The notes under the pieces were generated by a model. The model was not told where the DNA came from, ran no database searches, and saw nothing but the letters and a program-made list of their open reading frames with translations. The translations under genes and the position numbers were made by a program. From assembly GCA_965116875.1 (NCBI GenBank), contig OZ220733.1:1728001-1792000 (forward strand): a stretch of 64,000 bases of DNA. Reading direction: 5' to 3'. The stretch comes from Candidatus Latescibacterota bacterium. Its GTDB lineage: Bacteria; Latescibacterota; UBA2968; GCA-2709665. Numbering within the stretch: position 1 is the stretch's first letter; each line of letters starts with the position of its first letter. Positions 47,426-56,447 of the stretch are shown here, in pieces.

Positions 47426-47641
47426 CTGAGGCCATCCAACAGAGAACACCGTACGCCTGGTCCCTACTGCTGTCGTGCGGCAGGGAACCATTCAGGCCTC
47501 AATGACGTTTATTTCGTTCATTCCGACACGCTCGACGAGCGTGTCGGAATGAACGCGTCGCATAGGTACGCATAATGGTAGAGTAACCCCAGCATCTGAG
47601 GCCAACATATGGTCGTTTTCTCTTGACTTTTAACATAGTAG

Positions 47642-48393
47642 ACGGGAGATTCTTCGCTCCGCTCCGAATGACATGATGGCCGATAGCCGAGCACGATGCT
47701 TCGCGCTATCATCCAGAGGAGGCCGGGGTGCAACGTCTAGGAAACCCATCCGTGACACGTAAGACCAGATCGTCAAGCAGACGAGTCCCCCAGGCCGACG
47801 AAGGATCTACTGCAGCATGGGATGATGTCAAAGCGTCTGGCATTCGGTCCGCCAACAAATGCAGCACAATACCGCTTTTGCTTTGACTCCGCTCAGAATG
47901 ACAGACTTTGCAATAACCACTCGCGAAATGTATCGGTCAAGTGTCGGAACAAACGTTCATGCGGAGGAAGCCGAAAGGCAGTCGAAGCCTCCGCGCACGA
48001 GTTTGTCTACAAAAGCCATATGCTACACGTTCGAGCGAGAAGACGGGAGATTCTTCGCTCCGCTACGAATGACATGACTTGCAACAACCATTGGCGAAAT
48101 GAACCGGCCAGATCTTCGCTCCGCTCTGAATGACATGCCGGCCGATCGTCAAGCCCATTGCTTCCCCCTGCCATCCAGAGGAGGCCTGCACACAACGTCC
48201 AGGAATCACATCCGTTACTACGTGAGACCAGATTTTCGTGCAGAGGCGTCCCCAGGCCGACGAAGGATCTACTGCGGCATGGGATCATCCCCCGCGATTT
48301 GCACATGGCGACGCCTGAAAGGCAGCACGAAGACCAAGCGTCCGCGCACAAGTTTGTCTATAAAAGCCATATGCTACGCGTACGAGCGAGAAG
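47642..48393. repeat. Composite D repeat between the two IS copies, containing an empty target (AG core 48041-48042)
   Basis: GCTACACGTTCGAGCGAGAAGACGGGAGATTCTTCGCTCCGCTACGAATGAC. Confidence 0.85.
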
Positions 48394-48480
48394 TCACTAT
48401 GTTAAAATGAGTTGAGCCTCAGCTTGTGAGAGTATACTTTGCCGTTGTCCATAACAAACACTTTCACAAGGAGGCTCGTG

Positions 48481-49551
48481 ATGGCAAGGTATACCGTTGA
48501 AGCGTGGGATGGCAAGGTTCTTTTCGTGGGCATCGACATGCATCTCAAGCAGTGGCACGTGACCATTCTCAACGAGGATGGGTTGCGACTGTTCTCCAAT
48601 CGCATCGCAGGCACAGCAGAGGCGATCGATAAGGTGTTGAGTCGTTATGGCGAAGCGAAAGAGATCTTTGCGGTGTATGAAGCCGGTTATTTCGGTTTCT
48701 GGTTATACGATTTTCTTGTTGAAATGGGTGTGTCTGCTTCGGTGACGCCGCCGAGCCTGATCCCGAGCCAGAGTGGGAATCGGGTCAAGACGGATCCCAT
48801 CGACAGCTTCAAGCTGGCGGATTATCTGAGGACAGGCCTTCTGACATCGATCTATGTGCCGACGCATGAAGAGCGGTGCCACCGCCAGGTGAGTCGTCGC
48901 CGCCGGCAGTTCATCAAGGATCGGGTGCGTGTACAACTACGGATCAAGGCCGAACTGCGGTATATGGGTGTGTATGTGCCCGAAGAATCCAGAGGGACGT
49001 GGTCTGACAAGTTCGTGACCGCACTTGGCGGTGTGGACCTCGGGGAGCCGTGTGCGCAGGAAAGCTTTGAGAACATGCTGGAACAATACGATGATCTGTG
49101 TGAACTGGTGGGGCGCCAGACGAAAATGCTGTGGGAGCTTGCCCAAACAGACACGTATCGGGACCGGGTGGCGATCCTGACGTCGATCCCGGGCGTGGGA
49201 TGCCTGTCTGCCATGGAGATCCTCCTTGAGCTGCAGGATGTGGCACGCTTTGAGAGCGCAGATGCGCTGGCGGCCTACGCGGGGCTGACGCCAGGCCAGC
49301 ATTCGTCGGGTGAGCACGTGAGGCACGGGCGCATCACCCGCCAGGGGAAACCGATGGTGCGTGCGTTACTCATCCAGGCGGCCTGGCGCCTGATCGAGAA
49401 AGACCCCGCGATGCAGGAAAAATACGAACGCATGAAGGTGCCTGCCGGTGGCAAACGCGCCATCGTCGGTGTTGCCAGAAACCTGCTGGGCCGAATGCGC
49501 AGGATCTTGCTGAATGGAGAGCCCTATCAGCTGGGCCTCATCGCCGGGTGA
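48481..49551 (+). CDS. IS110-family DEDD recombinase/transposase (copy 2)
   Basis: Same motifs as copy 1; intact frame with roughly 15 amino-acid differences. Confidence 0.95.
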   Translation: MARYTVEAWDGKVLFVGIDMHLKQWHVTILNEDGLRLFSNRIAGTAEAIDKVLSRYGEAKEIFAVYEAGYFGFWLYDFLVEMGVSASVTPPSLIPSQSGNRVKTDPIDSFKLADYLRTGLLTSIYVPTHEERCHRQVSRRRRQFIKDRVRVQLRIKAELRYMGVYVPEESRGTWSDKFVTALGGVDLGEPCAQESFENMLEQYDDLCELVGRQTKMLWELAQTDTYRDRVAILTSIPGVGCLSAMEILLELQDVARFESADALAAYAGLTPGQHSSGEHVRHGRITRQGKPMVRALLIQAAWRLIEKDPAMQEKYERMKVPAGGKRAIVGVARNLLGRMRRILLNGEPYQLGLIAG

Positions 49552-49586
49552 ACACACGGTCACATCAGATGGCTGCGCACGCACTG

Positions 49587-49756
49587 CTTTTAATCGCGGA
49601 GTACGGGGACGGCGCCTCCCGTCTTGTAGACCCTCAGGGTACTACGTAAGTTGAGTTTGCACGCCCCGGCCCCTATCGCACGGCTCCGGATAAATGACAT
49701 GTCAGCGCCTGCACCAGGCGACTACGAATAGTAGATTGGTAGCGTTGCCCCAGCAT
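49587..49756 (+). ncRNA. Putative bridge/seek RNA of IS copy 2
   Basis: CTCCCGTCTT (49616-49625) is the exact reverse complement of target AAGACGGGAG; ATAGTAG at 49728-49734. Confidence 0.72.
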
Positions 49757-49972
49757 CTGAAGCCATCCAGAAGGGAATACCGTACGCCTGGTCCCTACTG
49801 CTGTCGTACGGTAGGGAACCATTCAGGACTCAATGACGTTTATTTCGTTCATTCCGACACGCTCGACGAGCGTGTCGGAATGAACGCGTGGCATAGGTAC
49901 GCACAATGGTAGAGTAACCCAAACATCTGAGGCCAAGATATTATCCTTTTCTCTTGACTTTTAACATAGTAG

Positions 49973-50405
49973 ACGGGAGATTCTTCGCTGCGCTCCGAGT
50001 GATTTGACTCGCAACAGCCATTGCCGACGTGAACCGGCCAGATCTTCGCTCCGCTCTGAATGACATGCTGGCTAATAGCCGAGTACGATGCTTCCCGCTG
50101 TCATCCAGAGGAGGCCTGGGTGCAACGTCCAAGAAACACATCCGTTACGCCTGAGATCAGTTTTTCACGTAGAGAAAGCCCCAGGCCGACGAAGGATCTA
50201 CTGCGGCATTGGATGATTGCAAAGCGCCTGGCATTCGGTCCACCAACAAATGCAGCACAAAACCGCTCTTGCTTCGACTTCGCTCAGAATAACACGCTGG
50301 TCCATAGTCAAGCGCATTGCTTCCCGCTGTCATCCAGAGGACTTGCCCTGAGCCTGTCGAAGGGGCCTGGGTGAAGGTGGGGCGGACATTCATGTCTGCC
50401 CGCTC
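49973..50405. repeat. D/C/A composite repeat ending at the permease 3' end
   Basis: Same modules as the other composites. Confidence 0.85.
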
Positions 50406-50409
50406 TCAC

Positions 50410-52755
50410 TCATACCGCAGCGCGTCCACCGGATTCGCGGGCTGCCCGGATAGTCTGGATGACTACGGTCAGTTGCACCGCAAGCAGCAACAATACACCC
50501 CCCAATAAAAAGGTGGGAATGTCCGGTCCAATCCGGTACGCGAAATCCTCTAACCATCGTTCCGTTGCGTAATACGCCGCGGGGAACGCGAAGAGACTCG
50601 CAATGACCACAAGCTTTACGAAGTCCCTGGATACCAGGACGACAATCCCGGATCCACGAGCGCCCAGGACCTTTCGGATCCCGATCTCCTTGGTCCGCCT
50701 GGACACGGCAAGAGCCGTGAGCCCAAACGCTCCGAGGCAGGCGATTATGACCGCAATCAGCGCACCATACCCGATAATTCGGTTCCATCGCTCTTCTTTT
50801 CTGTACTGCCCGTCCACTTCATCGTCGAGAAACGAAAACCGAAACGCACGGCCTGGCGCAACCTCGCGCCACTTCTCCTCGAGGTACGCCAGCGTACCAG
50901 GGATATCATCACCGCGGATCCTGACGAGCATTTGGTAGGATGCGAACGGGCTCAGGGTCAACACCGCTGGTCCGATCGTGTGGTGCAGGGAGCGCACATG
51001 GAAGTCCCTTACGACTCCGATAACCGCAACATCCCGCTTGTTCATGCGCAGCATTCTGCCAACGATTGGCATGTCCCAGCCCAGGTGTTTGACCAGGGCC
51101 TCGTTCACGATAATGGACGCGTGTGAAGCAGGTTTCAGCGAATCGAAGTCCGAACCTTCCAGAAGTGAGATATCCATCGTCTTAAGAAAGTCGTAGCCGA
51201 CGTTTACTTGCTCGACGTCCATTTTCTCGCCCTCGTGCTCAATAATCCCCTTGTACCTCGTCCTGTTGCTTAGCGCGTGGAGGGTGGTTGTAATCGCCAG
51301 CACATTGGGGTTCTGCATCAACTCGTTTTTGTACACCTCGTCTAGACGCGAGTCCGCCTGGAGCGGGTCCGATGTCGTAATGCGCAAGAGGTGTTCACTG
51401 TCGAAGCCCAGAGGTTTCGTCTTCAGGAAATCAAGTTGCCGAACCATCGCGAGCGCACTGATAACCATAAAGACGGAAAGCGCGAATTGCACCACGACCA
51501 GCGCCCGCCCGAAACGGTTCGGCCCTCCCAGCCTGATGCGGCCTTTCAAGGCCGAAGCCGGCTGAACACCTGACAGCACGAAGGCCGGGTAGACGCCTGC
51601 GGCCAGTCCAACGGCCGCAGCCAATCCAAGCAGAACGGCCGTGCCCGAACCGTCCGCCTGATCGAACAGAGCGATGTCTTTCGCCACAATGTCTTTGAAA
51701 GCCGGCAGGAGGAATTCCGCCAGGCCCGTCCCGGCTAACAGTGCCAGAACGCTTAATAGCATCGATTCTCCTAGAAACTGCATCACCAGTTGAATTCGAG
51801 ACGCACCAGTCACCTTTCGCATCACCACTTCCCGGTCGCGTGAGAATGACCTGCCCACGGCAAGGGTAACGTAGTTCACACAGGCGATCGTCAGGACGAG
51901 AAGGACGATACCGAGAAGAATATAAGAGAATGCCGGATTTCCTGCTCCCATTGGACCCCGGCTACCCCGGTTGAGATGCATTTCCAGTAGTGGCAGGAGG
52001 CCAATCGAGCGGTCCAACTGTTCTACCATCCATGGCGGGAGCGATTTTCGGAGCAATTGCGAAAACCGTTCGTTGAGTTCCGATGTACGTTCTTTTTTCG
52101 AGACCATTACGTACGTTTCGACATCACTAATATTCCAACCCCTCGTGTAGCCTCTGCTGGCAAAAGGCGCGAGGAAATCGAACCTGATGCTTGAGTTCTT
52201 GGGGGCGGACTTGGCAATGCCGGTAACAACGAAATCCCGCACGGCCACCGGAGGACCCGATAGATTCACGGAAAGGACTTTGCCCAGGGGATCTTCGTCG
52301 CCAAAATATCTACGCGCCGTGGACTCAGCGATCACTACGTTGTATGGATCGTCCAGCACAGTAGCCGGGTCGCCTTTCAGCAGGGGAAAGGTGAACACCT
52401 CAAGGATCGCCGGATCGGCGAAGTAGAAACTTCCCCTGAGTGACCGGTCCCCATCTTTTACAGATGAAGCGCCCCTGCCAATCCTGACGGACCGGACGTC
52501 CGAGAATGCCTCTTCAAGCGCCGGTCCCAATGGATCGGGAGTCTCACCTCCCGGTCCCATCCGGGATTCGACATAGACCCTGAATATTCGATCGGCGTTT
52601 TCGTGAAACGCGTCGTAGGTCCACTCTTGACGGACATACAGGAACGCCAGCACGCAGAACGCTATCGCGATGCCCAGACCCACCACGTTAATCGCGGCAT
52701 AGAGCGGATGCCGCAACAGATTGCGCCAGGCCACCTTGAGATAATTCCAGAACAT
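50410..52755 (-). CDS. MacB/FtsX-family ABC permease, paralog 4 (2-nt deletion alters the last 10 residues)
   Basis: Close to paralog 2; the canonical ANPVDALRYE* (stop at 50406) is out of frame. Confidence 0.9.
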   Translation of the reverse strand: MFWNYLKVAWRNLLRHPLYAAINVVGLGIAIAFCVLAFLYVRQEWTYDAFHENADRIFRVYVESRMGPGGETPDPLGPALEEAFSDVRSVRIGRGASSVKDGDRSLRGSFYFADPAILEVFTFPLLKGDPATVLDDPYNVVIAESTARRYFGDEDPLGKVLSVNLSGPPVAVRDFVVTGIAKSAPKNSSIRFDFLAPFASRGYTRGWNISDVETYVMVSKKERTSELNERFSQLLRKSLPPWMVEQLDRSIGLLPLLEMHLNRGSRGPMGAGNPAFSYILLGIVLLVLTIACVNYVTLAVGRSFSRDREVVMRKVTGASRIQLVMQFLGESMLLSVLALLAGTGLAEFLLPAFKDIVAKDIALFDQADGSGTAVLLGLAAAVGLAAGVYPAFVLSGVQPASALKGRIRLGGPNRFGRALVVVQFALSVFMVISALAMVRQLDFLKTKPLGFDSEHLLRITTSDPLQADSRLDEVYKNELMQNPNVLAITTTLHALSNRTRYKGIIEHEGEKMDVEQVNVGYDFLKTMDISLLEGSDFDSLKPASHASIIVNEALVKHLGWDMPIVGRMLRMNKRDVAVIGVVRDFHVRSLHHTIGPAVLTLSPFASYQMLVRIRGDDIPGTLAYLEEKWREVAPGRAFRFSFLDDEVDGQYRKEERWNRIIGYGALIAVIIACLGAFGLTALAVSRRTKEIGIRKVLGARGSGIVVLVSRDFVKLVVIASLFAFPAAYYATERWLEDFAYRIGPDIPTFLLGGVLLLLAVQLTVVIQTIRAARESGGRAAV

Positions 52756-52879
52756 CGACCGACTCCTCGCGTATTGGTTCCGTCAAGAATACTTCTTAGT
52801 CACGTGTGCCTCAAACTGTCGACCTGAGAAAGTGTCCGCGCATATAGGTTTGCCGGCCGAAGAACTCCTGGGACAATCA

Positions 52880-53113
52880 ACAAGTCACGGGAGATTCTTC
52901 GCTACGCTACGAATGACCTGACTTGCAATAACCATTGTCGAAGTGAACCGGCCAGATCTTCGCTCCGCTCTGAATGACATGCTGGCCCATAGTCAAGCGC
53001 GTTGCTTCCCACTGTCATCCAGAGGACTTGCCCTGCTTGTGCTGAGCCTGTCGAAGCGAGCCTGTCGAAGGGGCCTGGGTGAGGGTGGGGCGAACATTCC
53101 TGTCTGCCAGCCT
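52880..53113. repeat. D/C/A composite repeat
   Basis: ACGGGAGATTCTTCGCT...GCCTGTCGAAGGGG...GGGTGGGGCGAACATTCCTGTCTGCC. Confidence 0.85.
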
Positions 53114-55501
53114 CTACTCATACCGCAGCGCGTCCACTGGATTCGCCCCCGCTGCTTTCCACGTCTTGTAGCCCACTGTAAGAAGCGCAATGCTCAACGA
53201 CAGCAATCCCCCCAGAACAAACGTCGGGATCGCCGGATCGACCCGGTACGCGAAGTTCTCCAGCCACCTGTTCATTGCATAATAGGCAATCGGCCAGGCG
53301 ACGAGATTGGCAATCCCGACAAGTGCAACATATTCCCTGGACAAGAGCAAGACAACGTTGGTAACGGATGCTCCCACCGCTTTCCGGATACCGATTTCCT
53401 TAGTCCTTTGTTGCACGCTGATAGACGCCAGGCCGAACAGACCGAGACCTGCCACGACGATCGCCAGAACCGAGAAACCGCCGAACAGCATCCCCAGTCG
53501 AACTTCCGCCCGGTATAGCCGGTCAAAAGACGTGTCCAGGAACGAATATTCGAACGGGGAATTCGGTACGACTTCATGCCATTGGGATCTGAGAAAGTCC
53601 AGCGTGCCTGGAACATCGTCCGGGCGTATCCGGATGGAAATGTAGTCTCTTGTCCACCCCCCGCCCATCATGATCACAAGCGGTTCAATCTCATGATGGA
53701 GAGACTTGTAATGAAAGTCCCTGACAACCCCCACCACGTCTCCCTGGAGTCCCGCTTTCATCATTTCAGCACCTTCTCCATATACGTCCATTCCAATCTG
53801 TCTATTCGCACATGAAGTCCATCCTAAATTCCTCATCGCTGCTTGATTCAGCATAAATGCGCCCTTGCGATCGCTTGCAACCTCATCAGACAATGCCCTT
53901 CCCTCCAATACTTCAATACCGAACGTCTCGATAAACCCGTGATCCACGTACATCACATTCATCAGCACACCATCTTTGAATGCACCATCCGTGAGGGGAA
54001 AAAACACATTGCCGGGCATCACCCCGCCTGGCACAGTCGAAGAGGCTGTTACATTCAGTACGGCGCTGTGTGCCAATACCATATTTCGGTAGCGCCGCTC
54101 CGGCTCGCCGCCGCGGTTCGGCATGACAACGATATGTTCCTTTCGAAATCCAAGACGCCTGTTTCGAACATAATCTGCCTGGTCATAGATCAGACCGGTC
54201 CCAATGACCAGAATGACGGATATTGCGAACTGAACAATAATGAGCGTCTTTCGCAAACCGCATCGCTTCGAACCGGCGTCCATCACCCCTCTAAATACCA
54301 GGACGGGTTTAAGCGACGAGAGAAAAAACGCGGGATAGCTCCCGGAGAACAAGCCAGTAAACAGCGCAATGCCGATCAAAGCCAGCAAAACGTCCCGGCT
54401 TTTCAGGAAATCAACGACCAGGTCGCGTTCGACAAAGGCATCAAATGACGGAAGCAGAATCTCCACCATCACACCGGCGATAACAATGGCAATTGAAGTC
54501 AGCAACGTCGATTCGCCCAAGAACTGAGCGATCAACTCGCCCCGGTTTGCTCCGACCACTTTCCGCAGCCCGATCTCCTTTGCGCGGTACTCCGAGCGGG
54601 CGGTCGAAAGGTTCATAAAATTGATGCACGCGAGCAGCAAGACGAGAAAGGCGATGGCGAGAAAGAGAAAGACATAGCGGATGTCCCCGTTGGGACTGAT
54701 TTCAAAATCCAGGTTTGAGTGAAGATGAATATCGGTCACAGGCTGCAGAAAGAGTTTCAAACGTATACCCGCGGCTTCCATTTGTGCTCCGAGGTGTCTC
54801 TCCGTAAAATCCGGCAACTTGGTTTCAACCTCGTCGGCGGCCTGCGTGGCCTGCAGGAGCAGATAGGTATAGAAGTCTATACTTAGCCAGCCCTTGCTGA
54901 TGTCAAGCGATGCCAGAAAGTCGAACTGTAAATGCGATCTGTGTTTTGAGTTCCTCAACACTCCCGTAATCTTATACGTATTGCCGCCCAACGAAAGCGT
55001 CTGCCCCATCGGATCCTCGTCTCCGAAATATTTAAGAGCCATCGCATCCGTCAAGACAATGGAATTGGGTTCCTGGAGTGCGGTTTGAGGATCACCTTTG
55101 CTCAGGGGAAAATCGAAGACCTGGAAGACGTTTGCATCCACGAACAGGACGCCTCTTTCGTAAAAACGACGCTGCTGATTTGCAACCAGCGTCTTTTCAT
55201 CCTTCCGGTGAAACCTAACCGCGTCTTCTACTGACGGGAATTCCTGAACGAGAGTTGAAGCCATCGGGAATGATGTAAGGGCGAACCGACCGGGCACCCC
55301 TTCCGATTGTATCTCTGCGGCGAGTCGGAAAATCCGATCCGCGTTCTCATGGTGCCGGTCATAGCTCAATTCATCCTGAACGTACAGAAGAATAAGGATG
55401 CAGCAGGCCATGCCGATTGCAAGACCAAGGATGTTGATCACCGAGAATACCTTGTTCCTCAACAGATTGCGAATGGCGACTTTCAGGTAGTTTGAGATCA
55501 T
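53114..55501 (-). CDS. MacB/FtsX-family ABC permease, paralog 5
   Basis: MISNYLKVAIRN...ANPVDALRYE. Confidence 0.93.
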   Translation of the reverse strand: MISNYLKVAIRNLLRNKVFSVINILGLAIGMACCILILLYVQDELSYDRHHENADRIFRLAAEIQSEGVPGRFALTSFPMASTLVQEFPSVEDAVRFHRKDEKTLVANQQRRFYERGVLFVDANVFQVFDFPLSKGDPQTALQEPNSIVLTDAMALKYFGDEDPMGQTLSLGGNTYKITGVLRNSKHRSHLQFDFLASLDISKGWLSIDFYTYLLLQATQAADEVETKLPDFTERHLGAQMEAAGIRLKLFLQPVTDIHLHSNLDFEISPNGDIRYVFLFLAIAFLVLLLACINFMNLSTARSEYRAKEIGLRKVVGANRGELIAQFLGESTLLTSIAIVIAGVMVEILLPSFDAFVERDLVVDFLKSRDVLLALIGIALFTGLFSGSYPAFFLSSLKPVLVFRGVMDAGSKRCGLRKTLIIVQFAISVILVIGTGLIYDQADYVRNRRLGFRKEHIVVMPNRGGEPERRYRNMVLAHSAVLNVTASSTVPGGVMPGNVFFPLTDGAFKDGVLMNVMYVDHGFIETFGIEVLEGRALSDEVASDRKGAFMLNQAAMRNLGWTSCANRQIGMDVYGEGAEMMKAGLQGDVVGVVRDFHYKSLHHEIEPLVIMMGGGWTRDYISIRIRPDDVPGTLDFLRSQWHEVVPNSPFEYSFLDTSFDRLYRAEVRLGMLFGGFSVLAIVVAGLGLFGLASISVQQRTKEIGIRKAVGASVTNVVLLLSREYVALVGIANLVAWPIAYYAMNRWLENFAYRVDPAIPTFVLGGLLSLSIALLTVGYKTWKAAGANPVDALRYE

Positions 55502-55529
55502 GGCATCTGTCTGCCTTGCGTCAACCTGG

Positions 55530-56447
55530 CGCGGCTTCGCTATGGTCAGCTGTGACTGAATCCGAAAGGCCGACGAAGCCTCTGCGCAGGTAAGCCAAAT
55601 GCGGGCATTTCGACAAGCTCAATGACCACGCGTCGATATGCAATCTTCGGCGTCGCTCAGAATGACACGCTCGCCGATCGTCAAGCACGATGCTTCCCGC
55701 TGTCCTCCAGAGGAGCCCCCTGGGCCGACGAAGGATCTACTGCGGCATGGGATGATGCCAATGCGTCTGGCATTCTGCCCGCCAACAAATGCAGCACAAA
55801 AACCGCTCTTGTTTCGACTTCGCTCAGAATGACATGCTTTGCAAAAACCATTGGCGAAACCTGTCGGCCAGGTGTCGACACAAACTGTCGACCTGAGGAA
55901 GCCGGTGTGAGGGTGGGGCGGACATTCCTGTCTGCCTGCATGCGGCGGAAGCGTCCGCGCAAAAGTTCGTCTACAGAGGCCATATGCTCCACGTCCTGTC
56001 GAGACGGGAGATTCTTCGCTCCGCTCTGAATGACATGCTGGCCCATAGCCGAGCACGATACTTCCCGCTGTCATCCAGAGGACTTGCCCTGCTTGTGCTG
56101 AGCCTGTCGAAGCAAGCCTGTCGAAGGGGCCTGGGTGCAACGTCCAGGAATCACCTCTGTTTCACATGAGACCAGATTGTCATCCTAAGGAAGCCGGAAG
56201 GCAGTCGAAGCGTCCGCGCACAAGTTTGTCTATAAAATCCATATGCTACACGTTCGAGCGAGAAGACGGGAGATTCTTCGCTGCGCTTTGAATGACTTGA
56301 CTCGCAACAACCATTGGCGAAATGTATCGGTCAGATCTTCGCTCCGCTCTGAATGACATGCCGGCCGATAGTCAACCAAGATGCTTCCCGCTGTCGTCCT
56401 GAGGAAACCGGTGTGAGGGTGGGGCGGACATTCCTGTCTGCCCGCTC
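55530..56447. repeat. Long D/C/A composite repeat with empty IS target (56264-56265)
   Basis: Multiple modules shared with 45690-50405. Confidence 0.85.

Larger units (their letters stand above)
46062..47641 (+). mobile_element. IS110-family (IS1111-like) insertion sequence, copy 1
   Basis: Boundaries defined by the empty site GAGCGAGA-AG-ACGGGAG; 12-bp sub-terminal IR ACTATGTTAAAA/TTTTAACATAGT; AG core at both junctions. Confidence 0.92.
48394..49972 (+). mobile_element. IS110-family (IS1111-like) insertion sequence, copy 2
   Basis: Same ends and same insertion position in another repeat unit; scattered substitutions relative to copy 1. Confidence 0.92.

Noticed and set aside
47363-47575. 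70-aa ORF in the IS right end (72 aa in copy 2)
   Set aside because: No RBS, the stop position differs between copies, and it overlaps the predicted structured RNA; a passenger peptide is not excluded but is unsupported.
46060-47641. 2-bp AG target-site duplication of a DDE-type IS
   Set aside because: The transposase is DEDD IS110-type, so AG is better explained as the core shared by donor and target.
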